DNA from: a virus
Taxonomy: Duplodnaviria > Caudoviricetes
DNA length: 38,003 bases
Virus record (IMG/VR): IMGVR_UViG_3300020044_004474
Coordinates: 1 to 38,003 of that record
Strand: one strand, 5' to 3'
This document shows, piece by piece, positions 15,474-26,344 of this stretch. A program made the position numbers and the translations under genes. The notes beneath the pieces are model-generated. The model was not told the origin of the DNA. It did no database searches and saw only the letters and a program-made list of their open reading frames with translations. The first letter of the stretch is position 1. Every line of letters begins with the position of its first letter.

Positions 15474-17540
15474 TTATTGTTCCATTCCTTGAGTTGTCAT
15501 CCCGCCCATTTCAGCGGGGGCTGTTCCGATTCGACCAATCTCAGCGTTCTGAGCCTGTTGTAGCTGGAACTGATACTGTCCCATGTATTTCTGCAAGCGA
15601 CCTGCAAAAGCCTCGTCAGACTGCGCTCTAGCCGCAACATCGGGCTGCTGGACGTATGCCTGAACAAGCTGCATTGCAATCTGCGCGCCGTTTGGTTGAG
15701 CGGGGACTTCAATACCAGCGAATATCTTGGCAAGGTCATCGGTGACGTTCTTCTGAACCTTCTGCTGTGCCTCCTCAGCGGGTAGCATGGCGTAATCCGC
15801 AAAGATTGGATTGATAGATGTAGCTGCAAACTCAAGAACTTTGTTAATATCAAATATCCCATTCGGATCATTCTGAACCAACATCATTATGTTTTTCAAC
15901 TGCGTCTCTGATGTTTCAGGATCATTCGATAATGAATCAAAGGAAACCACAATTGAAAAGTTTTCATCTGGGCTACCCTTGGTCATCACTTGTGGGTTTG
16001 GATTACCAGTTACTTGGAAGAAAACCTCATCTGGCCCCATTCTCTGATACAATTTCCATGCCATCGCAAGAACATCCTTTACATGATCTAGGAACTTTCC
16101 GATGTAGTATTGTTGACGCGCGGACGAAAGGGGATTTGTAAGATCCAAACCAATAGCCCGATCAGCTTGCGCACGCATCGAAAGCTCACTTTCAACAGAA
16201 CCATCATCCCTCGGAGGAATTGGCCCAAACGCAATTTCACCCAAACGCCGATACGGGACTCTGCGACCTGGCCCCCAATCAGAAGGAGGACGTCCAGCAG
16301 GGTGCATAACAGGAGGTAAAGTAGCAAGAGACGCGCGATCAATCCGGCTGTCACGCTCTGTCTTAATTTGCATCTGTGGGCCACGGAGAATGTCGGAGAA
16401 AGTCTGAACCTCATACATCCTTTTCTGGTCATTGGCAAGGCGGGTGACTACAAATGGGTAATCATCATATCCGTTCAATAGCTCATGCTTGGCAAAGCCT
16501 TCTGTTTGCGGGTGGAATACTGTGCAATAGATACCCTCAGAACCATCTTCTTCGTCAATCAAACGCTGATACGCATAGACAATCATCACAAGGTCATTGT
16601 CATCGGTGATTGGTAGGCGAGTCTGGGTTTTAACCTTTTCTCCATCAAGATACATGGAATCCTTACCACGAAGCGTTTGAATGGCATTTTCCACCCAGTC
16701 TTTGTCCCAGCCTTCATTGGTTACCTTTTTCTCTAGTTCTTGAGCCGTAAGGAATGTTCTCCAGAACATATACGGTGCGCGTTGAGGATCGGAGATATAA
16801 GATGGGAACATTACTTCGCCATCGGGAGCGCAAGCATAGACAACGGGGCAGTCAACTGTTTGACGAGGAAGTGGGATTTCCGCTGTGCCGGTCTTACGAA
16901 GGTCTCTAATTGCCTTCTTAGCTCTCTTAGTCGAAAGCTCTGGGAAAGATTCCTGTATCAAGTCAATCAAGATTTGGTCATCTTGCCCACTGAGGATAAG
17001 CTCCACAAGGTCAGGGGATAATTCGGCAATTTGCTGAAGGCTAATACTCTGAAGATAAGAACGCTTCTCACGATTCCAGCCGACGTAAGAAACCATAATC
17101 CCCTTCTCCATTAGATAATTTCCGCCAAGCTCCATTTGGCGTTTAAAGTCTGGGATATAGGAAGAACGCATCCATTTAAGAAAGCCTGAGACAACTGCAG
17201 CTTTAGGCATTGCTGCCATCGATGTTGGAAACGCTTTGATATGCGAACGTGACAATGCTTGGTCAAACAAGGACACATACATATCAATACGCTCGCCAAC
17301 TACGTTTACCTCTTGGTCAGAAGCACCCTGCCACGGGAAAGCATTCGCCCCGTTTTTACGAAGGTCATCGGATTTACCATCCCAAATGTTTCTGCGGTCA
17401 TTGTAAGAACGTAAACATGACTCAAAGTAATAATCTAAATCAACTAAACAGGTGTCATAGGCATTTGTAAGCGCACCAATATCAGGTTTCTTATCCACAT
17501 AGATAAGGGACTCATCTTCTATTTGTTGAATATCATTCAT
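15474..17540 (-). CDS. Portal protein
   Basis: 688 aa, downstream of TerL; FPW.GASD motif; Gln-rich C-terminal barrel-like region. Confidence 0.8.
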   Translation of the reverse strand: MNDIQQIEDESLIYVDKKPDIGALTNAYDTCLVDLDYYFESCLRSYNDRRNIWDGKSDDLRKNGANAFPWQGASDQEVNVVGERIDMYVSLFDQALSRSHIKAFPTSMAAMPKAAVVSGFLKWMRSSYIPDFKRQMELGGNYLMEKGIMVSYVGWNREKRSYLQSISLQQIAELSPDLVELILSGQDDQILIDLIQESFPELSTKRAKKAIRDLRKTGTAEIPLPRQTVDCPVVYACAPDGEVMFPSYISDPQRAPYMFWRTFLTAQELEKKVTNEGWDKDWVENAIQTLRGKDSMYLDGEKVKTQTRLPITDDNDLVMIVYAYQRLIDEEDGSEGIYCTVFHPQTEGFAKHELLNGYDDYPFVVTRLANDQKRMYEVQTFSDILRGPQMQIKTERDSRIDRASLATLPPVMHPAGRPPSDWGPGRRVPYRRLGEIAFGPIPPRDDGSVESELSMRAQADRAIGLDLTNPLSSARQQYYIGKFLDHVKDVLAMAWKLYQRMGPDEVFFQVTGNPNPQVMTKGSPDENFSIVVSFDSLSNDPETSETQLKNIMMLVQNDPNGIFDINKVLEFAATSINPIFADYAMLPAEEAQQKVQKNVTDDLAKIFAGIEVPAQPNGAQIAMQLVQAYVQQPDVAARAQSDEAFAGRLQKYMGQYQFQLQQAQNAEIGRIGTAPAEMGGMTTQGMEQ

Positions 17541-17797
17541 GCTATGTATTGGTAGTAATCTCCAAGGTCGGAATTGACAAGTATAACATCAACTTCCTTT
17601 CCAATCAAGCGTCTTGAGATTTGGGCTGGAACTTTAACATTAATACTAAACCCATCGATTCTTCCTTTTACCCATGTCGGGTTGTTACAAGTGCCTAAAA
17701 TCATTGCTCTTAATGGAGCTTCTGAGATTTCTGGAATAATAGCTTCAACAACCTTTGCTGGTCGTCCTCGTTTCTTTGGTTCTTTTTTGGTATTCAT
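17537..17797 (-). CDS. Hypothetical protein with KKRGRP motif
   Basis: Between TerL and portal; ATGA coupling. Confidence 0.6.
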   Translation of the reverse strand: MNTKKEPKKRGRPAKVVEAIIPEISEAPLRAMILGTCNNPTWVKGRIDGFSINVKVPAQISRRLIGKEVDVILVNSDLGDYYQYIA

Positions 17798-17798
17798 C

Positions 17799-19397
17799 TT
17801 AATAACCTCCACCTCCTTGAGTTGTAACTAAACTTACGGAATTGTCAACGTGATCTATCCCAGAGATTGCTGCATAGCGTAAAACATCAATAACATCCTT
17901 CCAAGCCTCCTTTAGCCCTCCATCGCCAGTATATTCCGATAATCCTTGGATAATGTTCTCACAGTCAGAACTAATATAGAAATGCGGTCTATTGACAGAA
18001 TCCAGGGGCTTAGTTGTATCCCATGCCATTTTCCCGATCAATGCTTGCAGCCCATCGTCAATATCAAGACCTGGAGCAGGAATACAAACCATTCCAGCAT
18101 CGTTCAAATCCTCGATAATTGAAGATGAACCATCCTGCACCTGATACTTTGCAGCTCCAAGCCTAGGGTCAATTAACCTCTCAAAAATCTCCTCATCACC
18201 CTCCACTTCCTCGATAAGATCAACATAGTCGCGGATGCCGTATCCCTGCCCTTTGGCTCCCTCTCCAGGCATCCACTTGCCATTTCGCCATTCTGCCCAG
18301 TCCCCTACGTCAACTCCAGGCCATTCACGATAAACCCACATTGTCCCCGTTTCATCAACTGCAATCCAGCACATGAACCAGTTTTTAGAACCAGCAGGGT
18401 CGATGATATGATACCTTGTAATATTAGTTTTAGGAATCTTGTCAGGATCGACCACGTTGACCACTTTGTTGAATTTAGGGAACTTCGTAGCGTGTGACTT
18501 CATTGGCACGCCGTAAGCACGAATCAGAATTTCCTCCCGTGTCCTGCCTTTCAGCGTTTCCTTAATTCGATCATATCCACCAAAGGCATTGTCCTGCGAA
18601 TGGAAATAATGCACGGAAGCATTGAGTTTCTTGGACTTTTGGACATACGGAACAAGTTCATTATTCAGTAGTTCGGCTTCACGGCTTTCAATGGTTGTAG
18701 CACCATCTAGGTATTCTTTGATTACCTCTGTCCACCCATCAATCGGAGTGAACGTCACCAGCATCTTTGAGTTGCGAGTTGCAAGTCGAAATCGCAACGT
18801 ATTTATCAACTCAGGGCCAAGCAAGTATTCATCGAGCCATACGCCGATATTGTGCCAGACAGGATTCCTAGAACCAAGCTCCGCGCCTTCCAGAATCGTA
18901 GGGTTGTTTTGATACTGTGAATATGTCTTGAAGATAATCTGCGATCCGTTCGGGAGGATTAGCGACGAATCAGTGAACCCTGTTTTCTTCTTGTAGGAGA
19001 TATAAGCATTTGCGCTAGTAAACTTAGTCTTTAGATACTCAGGAAGCCAAGCCCACACCGCGCTTTGTTGCTGGCGGATGGACACCTCGGACGTTTGGGC
19101 AAAGCAGAATATCTCAGAGTTAGGATTTTCCACAGCAGCACGGACAACTGAGAACGCACCCCATTGAGTTTTCCCTGACCTGTTACCTCCCAATGCTAGA
19201 ATTTCATTAACATCATGCAGTTGTTCCTCTGCTTTTGTCCAGTGAGGCAAGCGAAACCCATACTCATACGGGTCTTTCTCAGCATTCTCAATCGCTTCAT
19301 GGTAAATACGATGTATAGACAACACCTCTTCTGGTGTCATTTCGATTATCTCCTCATCCGTTGGAGGCTTGAGTATTTGATGCGACCTCCAAATCAT
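17799..19397 (-). CDS. terL: Terminase large subunit
   Basis: GGNRSGKT Walker A, VWLDE Walker B, TFTP motif, IDP nuclease motif, D..D.LRY. Confidence 0.92.
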   Translation of the reverse strand: MIWRSHQILKPPTDEEIIEMTPEEVLSIHRIYHEAIENAEKDPYEYGFRLPHWTKAEEQLHDVNEILALGGNRSGKTQWGAFSVVRAAVENPNSEIFCFAQTSEVSIRQQQSAVWAWLPEYLKTKFTSANAYISYKKKTGFTDSSLILPNGSQIIFKTYSQYQNNPTILEGAELGSRNPVWHNIGVWLDEYLLGPELINTLRFRLATRNSKMLVTFTPIDGWTEVIKEYLDGATTIESREAELLNNELVPYVQKSKKLNASVHYFHSQDNAFGGYDRIKETLKGRTREEILIRAYGVPMKSHATKFPKFNKVVNVVDPDKIPKTNITRYHIIDPAGSKNWFMCWIAVDETGTMWVYREWPGVDVGDWAEWRNGKWMPGEGAKGQGYGIRDYVDLIEEVEGDEEIFERLIDPRLGAAKYQVQDGSSSIIEDLNDAGMVCIPAPGLDIDDGLQALIGKMAWDTTKPLDSVNRPHFYISSDCENIIQGLSEYTGDGGLKEAWKDVIDVLRYAAISGIDHVDNSVSLVTTQGGGGY

Positions 19398-19948
19398 AGA
19401 ACTTCTGCTTCAATTACCTTACCTTTAGCAATGCGTGATCTAGCTTCATTGATAAGGTTTGCAGCGTCATCAAGACTTGCGCCCTTGCGATGCTCAACAA
19501 CGGTAGTTGCCATGCCGGTAAGTTGTGCTGCCTTGTCCGTAAGGATGCCAACAGTAATTGCCAGCTTCTCAGGGGAAATCTTAGCAAGGCTGTCAGGGTC
19601 ATCAAATAGCTGTGTGGCACGTTCAAGTAGCAAATCTGTATATTCCTGTGCCGCAATAGCATAACGCATGGAGAACTCCTTACGTTTTGTTTCCAGTGTA
19701 TCACTGTGCCGCCATTCAAGCCCACGGATAACATCTCTGCCTAGGTCTGTTTTCTTGGAAATCTCGGTTATCCTTGCGCCCTGAGATAAAAGGAATAAAG
19801 CCAACGCTGCTTTGTGGGGAGCGTAATGCTCGACATTATTACGGGCAAGTAACTTCGCACGTTCACGCACTTCAAGAAACCACTCGCTCTTGTCGGGTCG
19901 GTCGTCGTAGTAGTTCTCTTTGAACTTCTCTAGTTTTTCATCGCTCAT
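19394..19948 (-). CDS. Putative terminase small subunit (HTH)
   Basis: HTH-like GARITEISKKT segment; immediately upstream of TerL. Confidence 0.6.
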   Translation of the reverse strand: MSDEKLEKFKENYYDDRPDKSEWFLEVRERAKLLARNNVEHYAPHKAALALFLLSQGARITEISKKTDLGRDVIRGLEWRHSDTLETKRKEFSMRYAIAAQEYTDLLLERATQLFDDPDSLAKISPEKLAITVGILTDKAAQLTGMATTVVEHRKGASLDDAANLINEARSRIAKGKVIEAEVL

Positions 19949-22900
19949 TACGTTTTTCACCAGAGCTACCTAAAGCCACGGAGATTCCAGTTGCAACACT
20001 ATTATCGCGTTTTAACCCACTTGTAAACTTCTTTTGAGGTGGACTTATTGGCTTTGCGTTTCCTTCTGGAGCAAGACGAACATTTGGCGCATCCTTTATG
20101 ATCTCACCTTTCACGTTAATCCGTGGAGCTTGTGGCATAAGGTTAGCCTTGAGCGTGTAGTAAGCATTGTTGCCATACGGAATAACCATATCACCAGTAA
20201 GGTCTGTGAATCCATCAACTCTATCGTAGGCAAACGTGCGGTATGTTCCCGTTTGTTTATCCATGCCGAGCTTGTCAAACATTGGATTGATAATACGCTG
20301 TGACTTTGTGTTTAGTCCTTGAACTGCGTTGATAAACCGCTGTCTATCTTTCCATTTCTTGCCGCCAACGCTTTTGAAGTAGCCATCAGTTGAAACACCC
20401 TTTTTGTGCAGCTTTGCTGTCTCAACAATATCAGTCAAGACGTTTGCCCTAGACATACCCATTGTGGCAGCCCTGCGTTCAAACCTATTGATGTTTAGCC
20501 CTAGCTGGGTAATATCCATTGCGACCAAGTAAAGCCTTCCGTTCTTCAACATGAAGTCAATCGGCTTAATCTTATTGGCAGTTTTTCCTGCGTCTTGAAC
20601 GGAACGTCCTTGCTCCATCGGGGTGTAATCCAATAAAGCTGCTTTATCAGCATCAAAGGTAGATTGAATATGGATAAGCTCTTGCGCTCCTCCTTCTTTA
20701 ATTACTCCTGCTTCTTCAAGTGCTTGGATATGTTCATCTGAAAGCAAACCGGTTCCATTGCCTTTTTTGTCTGGAATCATCACTCCTTCAATCAAAGGTT
20801 TGCCATCTTTGACGTTCTTCTTATTGATCTTGTCTATGATTTCCGCCGCCTTGTAGTGCCTTGGATTGGAGGATGGAAGATCATCCGTTAAGCCTGGCTT
20901 GATAGGCGACTTAGGTAATCCAGCGGATTCACGATACATCTTACGAACCATTGCTTTCACCTCTGGAAGCTCCTTCATCCCGTCTACAAGCAGTCCAGAA
21001 CCCATTACTAGGTTGCCGTTTACATCCGTAGCTCCACCGAGCTTGTAGTGCAAATCCTTAACGATTGGAGTTGCTGCAAAGACAGTCTCAAAAATATCCT
21101 CAATCTTTCTGCGTAACGGAGTTTTAACTGCTGCCTTTGTTAGCTTTCCAGATACAACATCATCAAACAAAGCTGCCGTGCCATTATCTGTGAAGAACTC
21201 AACAGCCGCATCTTCAATGCCGATTCTAGGTAATCCTTGGGCATCTAGTCTTTCGTTGTAGGTATCGTAGAACTGTTTGAAGTCTTTATCAAGATTTCCA
21301 TTTATGTCTCGCACTAGCCCAGGTCTTGTCTCATCTCCGAGCATTCTGGCTGCAATAGAATCATCCATTCCGTGTTTAAACGTCAATGAATGAAGCGTCT
21401 CATGCGAAGTTAATGCACGAACAAATCCCGACTTGTCATTTACGTTTACCGTAATGGTCTTGGATGATGGGTTGAAAGAACTATTCCCTTCTTTTGTAAA
21501 TTGCCAATCCCAAGTATTTGGATAAGCTGAGTCGTAAGTGGATATGAATTGTTTCAAAGGTTGGTCTGGAATAGCATCAAAAGCTGCCAGTTTATCCTCT
21601 CCAAGTTTTTGTTGTTTGCTTCGATAGTTGTAGAAGTCGCCAGTTTGCCTTTTAGCAAGGTCTTGCTTGCCACCGCCGACAACCCTTGCAAACGCACCGA
21701 AAACCAATGCGTTAGCCCCAACACGCTTCATGGCTTCATCATCTAATCCGTTGTTATTGATTGCTTCGTAAACTGCTAATGCTGGGGCGAGCTTTGCACC
21801 TTGTTTAACGCTTCCAACTGCAAAGCGAGCAGCAGGTGACGCATAATCTAAGGTTGTTGCCATTGCTTTACCAATGCCACCCACGTTTTCATTAGCAGCA
21901 ACTCTACGCCAGAACGGAGTGGAGTTCTTCATCTGAACAAGCTCATCACCAACTACGTTTGCAAACCTTGCTGTTTTGCCAAGAATTTTGGGAGCAACAG
22001 ATAATCCAATTCTGGCAGAAACATAAGTTGCAAGTGCAGCTTGTGCCGTAGGATTACTTGCAACAAAAAATCCAGTAAATATCTGTCCTGTTTTATATCG
22101 TCCAATAATCCCCTCTAATGCTCTAAGTCCCCTATTAGTAAAAGCAGCAGCATTGCCTAATTTCTCAGCTGAAACTTCAACGCCTTTTACTGCACCGGCA
22201 GTTACTTTTCTCGAAATATCAAAAGGCTTGGATTTATCAGCAAGTTCAGTAAGAGCTTTTGTTCTTACAGTTTGATTAACCGCAAGTCCTTCTTCCATTT
22301 GAGTTGCTGTGCGAGCCAAATCATCTACCGCACTTGTGCTTGATGCTACAAGCGGAGTAAGTTTTGCTGTTGTAGCCGAATCACCAACTTTTACAGCATC
22401 ATCTAGTTGTTTAACAAGCGTTTGGTTTAAGGCTTTGGCAGCATCAAGTTGTTGAGTAATAATTGGTGCTGCTTTTTCAAGTCTTGATATTTGAGTAGAA
22501 GCTATATTTGCTGCATTAACAGCACCCTTAACTCTGCCAAGCATAGCCATTTTACCCAATACTGATATGCCCCCAGTTGCCACCGCTAAAACTGGATTCA
22601 ATGGGTCACCCGCAACCATACCAACTGTTTTGGCATTAATTAAGTCTTGTTGTAATTTACTCTCACCAAGCTCTCCAAATCTTTGTTTATAATCATCAAG
22701 CGTTTTAGTATAAGCATCAGCTACAACACTTGTCCCAGTAATCGCATCAAAAGTTTCTGGTGCGGTTACTATTCTATTTAACTTAACTCTCGTAGCAACA
22801 ATGAAATCATCTCGATCTTCTTGATCTTCACTTCTAATTGGTTGACTGAAAAAAGCAGTAGCTTTAATTGGCGTGTCTGCCATTATATTGTAAGCTCCAG

Positions 22901-23531
22901 ATATAGCACTTAAACGCTTGGTTAATTCTTCTGAAAAAGAAAATCCTTGTCCAGTTACAACTTTTTTCATAGTTGGGACGGGAGTCAAATTGTAAACACC
23001 TTCTGCAAAACTTAATAACCCCTTTCCGAGTTCTACAAAAGTATTGCCACCCTCAACTTTATCTAGTCCTTCTTCTTTTCTGATTTTGAATTGTTGATAC
23101 TTACTTTCAACAGAAGGATCGGAAAATTTACCAGATTCATCTTGGTCAATAGCATTGGTAATTAGTGTCCAGTCATTAACCTCGTCAACAGGAAGTAAAT
23201 CATCTGTATTGGAGGTGTAAGCCTTGCCTTTATCAGTTAGCTGTCCATCCTGCATGAAACCTTGATCCTCCATAAGAAGATAATCTTCACCGAGTTTGGT
23301 AGCCTCTCCTTTTTCATCAACTAATCCACGTTGCTTCATCCCCTCTTCTGTAAGGAATTCAGCAGGAGTTAATTTAGGCTCTAAAAAACGAGGATCACCA
23401 ACAGGAAGTTGGCTAAGATAATCTTCCCGTGCTTTTTGGAATCCAGCAAAGTTACCTTGAATAAGCCCTGTAACTTCTTTTATCGCATCAGGAGCAAGTT
23501 TATTAAACTCTGTTTTTTCTTCTTCGGTCAT
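19938..23531 (-). CDS. Large internal virion / DNA ejection protein
   Basis: 1197 aa, Ala/Gly-rich helical; HETLH zincin-like motif; third of three co-located genes. Confidence 0.6.
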   Translation of the reverse strand: MTEEEKTEFNKLAPDAIKEVTGLIQGNFAGFQKAREDYLSQLPVGDPRFLEPKLTPAEFLTEEGMKQRGLVDEKGEATKLGEDYLLMEDQGFMQDGQLTDKGKAYTSNTDDLLPVDEVNDWTLITNAIDQDESGKFSDPSVESKYQQFKIRKEEGLDKVEGGNTFVELGKGLLSFAEGVYNLTPVPTMKKVVTGQGFSFSEELTKRLSAISGAYNIMADTPIKATAFFSQPIRSEDQEDRDDFIVATRVKLNRIVTAPETFDAITGTSVVADAYTKTLDDYKQRFGELGESKLQQDLINAKTVGMVAGDPLNPVLAVATGGISVLGKMAMLGRVKGAVNAANIASTQISRLEKAAPIITQQLDAAKALNQTLVKQLDDAVKVGDSATTAKLTPLVASSTSAVDDLARTATQMEEGLAVNQTVRTKALTELADKSKPFDISRKVTAGAVKGVEVSAEKLGNAAAFTNRGLRALEGIIGRYKTGQIFTGFFVASNPTAQAALATYVSARIGLSVAPKILGKTARFANVVGDELVQMKNSTPFWRRVAANENVGGIGKAMATTLDYASPAARFAVGSVKQGAKLAPALAVYEAINNNGLDDEAMKRVGANALVFGAFARVVGGGKQDLAKRQTGDFYNYRSKQQKLGEDKLAAFDAIPDQPLKQFISTYDSAYPNTWDWQFTKEGNSSFNPSSKTITVNVNDKSGFVRALTSHETLHSLTFKHGMDDSIAARMLGDETRPGLVRDINGNLDKDFKQFYDTYNERLDAQGLPRIGIEDAAVEFFTDNGTAALFDDVVSGKLTKAAVKTPLRRKIEDIFETVFAATPIVKDLHYKLGGATDVNGNLVMGSGLLVDGMKELPEVKAMVRKMYRESAGLPKSPIKPGLTDDLPSSNPRHYKAAEIIDKINKKNVKDGKPLIEGVMIPDKKGNGTGLLSDEHIQALEEAGVIKEGGAQELIHIQSTFDADKAALLDYTPMEQGRSVQDAGKTANKIKPIDFMLKNGRLYLVAMDITQLGLNINRFERRAATMGMSRANVLTDIVETAKLHKKGVSTDGYFKSVGGKKWKDRQRFINAVQGLNTKSQRIINPMFDKLGMDKQTGTYRTFAYDRVDGFTDLTGDMVIPYGNNAYYTLKANLMPQAPRINVKGEIIKDAPNVRLAPEGNAKPISPPQKKFTSGLKRDNSVATGISVALGSSGEKRNER

Positions 23532-25123
23532 CTTAGTGGTGATGATTTAATCTTAGCTCTAAGTCTATCTGTTGCGCTTTGTGGTTTTTCAGGAGTGAAT
23601 TGTTCTGTTGTATCACTTGGCACTAGGGATTCTTCATTTTGAATCTTTTTAATTGCAGCTTCTATATCAACAGGAAGTGCATTTCTTGCAAGCATATCTC
23701 TTGCTACTTGGTTAATCCTAAGACCCCGTTGTGCAGCTTTTATTTTAAACTCGATTATCTTTTTGTTACCTTCAACCGACTTGTTTATGCCTGGAGCCAG
23801 TTCCTCTCTAAAGAATGTCATTTCTCTATCGGAGATTGCTCCTTTTGTTAGGTCAATAGCTTCCAGTGCCAGATTACCAACCAATGAGTTGAATTGTTCC
23901 TCGCTTGCAACATCTATTCCAAGCAGCCTTGCAGCCTTCACCTTGTAAGCTCCAAAAGAACCAGACTTAACCTCTCCAGAGTTAAGGAGAGATAAAGCCT
24001 CATTCATATTGATAAGCCGTTCTCCACCTTTATCTGTTGACTCAATAACTGCTGAAATTCGGTCATCAGCTTTTAACATTCTGTTTTCCTTTAGCCTTTC
24101 AAGTGAATCTAGTGGAGTTATTAACTGTTTGATGTTTGACGGTTTATCTCCTGTGAATCTTGCCATGTATTGCCCAGCAGGTAGATTAGCAGCAATGCGT
24201 TCGGCATCAGTCATTGCTCTTTCAGCCACTTCTGGTTTTACTTCAATAGGAACAGCCCCAGGAGGAAGCTGCGGCAATGTGCCAGTCATTTCGATAGGCG
24301 CGCCATCCACATTAGGAATCTGAACAGTAGTTGGTGTTCCCGCTGGCATAGGTGACACGTTAGAAACGTCAGATCGCCCGCCTGTTAATTCTGCTGCTGC
24401 TGCAATTGCCTCCGCATCGTTACGGGCAGGAAGAACCATTGCTTCTGAAATACCACTATTATCTAAGAAAGTTCCATCCCCAGGCATTGCTGTTCCCTCT
24501 GCTGTTGGCATAGGGAAATTTAAACCAGCATCAATTACATCTGGTGATCTAAAAGCTGAGCCTACCACTGATCCATCTAATCTGCGTGTCTCTCCAGTAG
24601 AAGGATCAAATGTTGTCGGAACTTCATACTGTTTTCCATTTATAGTTTCAGTAATTTTTCCTTGTTGAAGATTTACGCTTCTAGGTGAAGGAGCATTCCT
24701 AGCGTTAAGTTGCGCCATTTGAATCGCATCAGCTTGTCTAGCATCAAAACGCCCAAAGACATTAGGAATCATACCCTTGCCTTCATCTAGCAATGCGGCT
24801 TTCTCAATAGGACTAAGGTTAGGATCATTGTAAGCCTCTAGGAATGGACGCAATGTTTCCTCTGCGCCAGTAATCCCGTAAGAGCCACCGAGCGTTATTG
24901 CAGCTTCAATAGCTTTAGCTGACGCTTTATTGTAAGCATCAACTTTTTTCTGCTGTTTCTTGGCTTCTCCAAAGTCCTTAATTACCCCACCAATACTAGC
25001 ACCAAGGTTAGCCACCCCCTGAGCTTGCGTAGCAGCAGCATTAGCGAATCCGCTGTAATCTTGTTTAAATGACTCAGGGTTGATTCCCGAACCAAGCATC
25101 TGTCCTCTTCCGTAAGTTGCCAT
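23528..25123 (-). CDS. Internal virion / ejection protein
   Basis: 531 aa; KGAISDRE motif as in P22-type injection proteins. Confidence 0.6.
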   Translation of the reverse strand: MATYGRGQMLGSGINPESFKQDYSGFANAAATQAQGVANLGASIGGVIKDFGEAKKQQKKVDAYNKASAKAIEAAITLGGSYGITGAEETLRPFLEAYNDPNLSPIEKAALLDEGKGMIPNVFGRFDARQADAIQMAQLNARNAPSPRSVNLQQGKITETINGKQYEVPTTFDPSTGETRRLDGSVVGSAFRSPDVIDAGLNFPMPTAEGTAMPGDGTFLDNSGISEAMVLPARNDAEAIAAAAELTGGRSDVSNVSPMPAGTPTTVQIPNVDGAPIEMTGTLPQLPPGAVPIEVKPEVAERAMTDAERIAANLPAGQYMARFTGDKPSNIKQLITPLDSLERLKENRMLKADDRISAVIESTDKGGERLINMNEALSLLNSGEVKSGSFGAYKVKAARLLGIDVASEEQFNSLVGNLALEAIDLTKGAISDREMTFFREELAPGINKSVEGNKKIIEFKIKAAQRGLRINQVARDMLARNALPVDIEAAIKKIQNEESLVPSDTTEQFTPEKPQSATDRLRAKIKSSPLR

Positions 25124-25135
25124 ATTGTTAAGTTA

Positions 25136-26002
25136 TTAAGGGCCTGGTTTAAAAGCTTTAAATGCTGAACCAGCTACCTCTCCAATCATGTTCATCATTC
25201 CTGCTGAATGCGCTGCTCTAGCTTGAGCGGTAGCTGATCGTGCAGCAAGTTGGTTAGAACGCTGTGCCGCACCAAGGTTAAGCCCAACAGAAGTATCGAA
25301 TAATTGTGGAGTTCCCGCACCAATCGAGCCAAGCCCTGTATTGATGAATTGTTGACCTTGTTGATACGATAATGGTGCGGAACTCAAAAGACTAAGCCCT
25401 GGACGGGTGTAAAACTCTTCTGCGGCATTGTAAGCATTCTGCCTTGCTTGTGTTGCTTCAGCACGTTTGCGAGCAAAAACATCCTCACGCCCCATGACTT
25501 CAGAAGCAATCGCGGCATTACCACCCAGTCTGCCAGCAGCAGAAGCCGCCTCACGCGCTGTTTGTTGGTATCCACGTTGCTCTTCTGGGCTAATCCGTTG
25601 GGACGATGCATAAGCCCGTCTAGCCTCCTCATCAAAGCCCTGCACAACTGCTGCTTGCTCTGGGGACAATGACTGCATAAGTCCACGGGTAAGCCCTGTT
25701 TGCCCAGTCATTTGACCTAGTTCAGCAGTCCTTGCTTCACCTAAGCCCATGCCAGCTTGTTGGGAGGCTTGATTACTAAGCCCGAAAATACCTTGCTGCC
25801 CACTTGTGCCACCGAGGAATGATTGAATATCACCAAGGTTCAACCCTTGGAAGCCAGGACGGAATTGTTGCTCTTGTGAAAATATCTGAGGTAGAGCCGC
25901 AGACATACCAGAAACGTATTGCTGAAGGTCTTTCGCAATATCCATCTTTGGAGCTTTGATTGCCTTTGGTTTACTAAATAAACCACTAAATATGCTTCCC
26001 AT
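25136..26002 (-). CDS. Internal virion / pilot ejection protein
   Basis: Gln/Gly/Ala-rich, 288 aa; first of the trio. Confidence 0.55.
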   Translation of the reverse strand: MGSIFSGLFSKPKAIKAPKMDIAKDLQQYVSGMSAALPQIFSQEQQFRPGFQGLNLGDIQSFLGGTSGQQGIFGLSNQASQQAGMGLGEARTAELGQMTGQTGLTRGLMQSLSPEQAAVVQGFDEEARRAYASSQRISPEEQRGYQQTAREAASAAGRLGGNAAIASEVMGREDVFARKRAEATQARQNAYNAAEEFYTRPGLSLLSSAPLSYQQGQQFINTGLGSIGAGTPQLFDTSVGLNLGAAQRSNQLAARSATAQARAAHSAGMMNMIGEVAGSAFKAFKPGP

Positions 26003-26041
26003 AATCTTATCGTAGTTTTGAAAAAAGTTTTTCTGTGTTCA

Positions 26042-26338
26042 TTAGCCTAGTGCGCTTGATCCTTTGAAGTCACGGCAGAATGAAACGTATTCGTAATCAT
26101 CTTTGAGGAATGCAAGCCCATTGCGCATATCCCCAGACCACATGGTGACATAGAGCGTGTCGGAATGCTCAAAAGCAACTGGCGTTCCAGGATCTTCGCT
26201 GTGTGAGTGAAAGCACAACGCAAAAACCTTTGGAGTCGAAAGCACAATGCCATAAGACAAGTGCCAACCGATAAGGCTTTGCAGGTCAATGTTGTTTGAT
26301 TCATAAAGGGTAAGTGCTGTTGCTAGGTGCGGATTCAT
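26042..26338 (-). CDS. Small protein preceding the ejection genes (possibly GNAT-like); 3' end may be frameshifted
   Basis: Position; an alternative frame extends to a stop at 26007-26009. Confidence 0.55.
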   Translation of the reverse strand: MNPHLATALTLYESNNIDLQSLIGWHLSYGIVLSTPKVFALCFHSHSEDPGTPVAFEHSDTLYVTMWSGDMRNGLAFLKDDYEYVSFCRDFKGSSALG

Positions 26339-26344
26339 TCAGAA

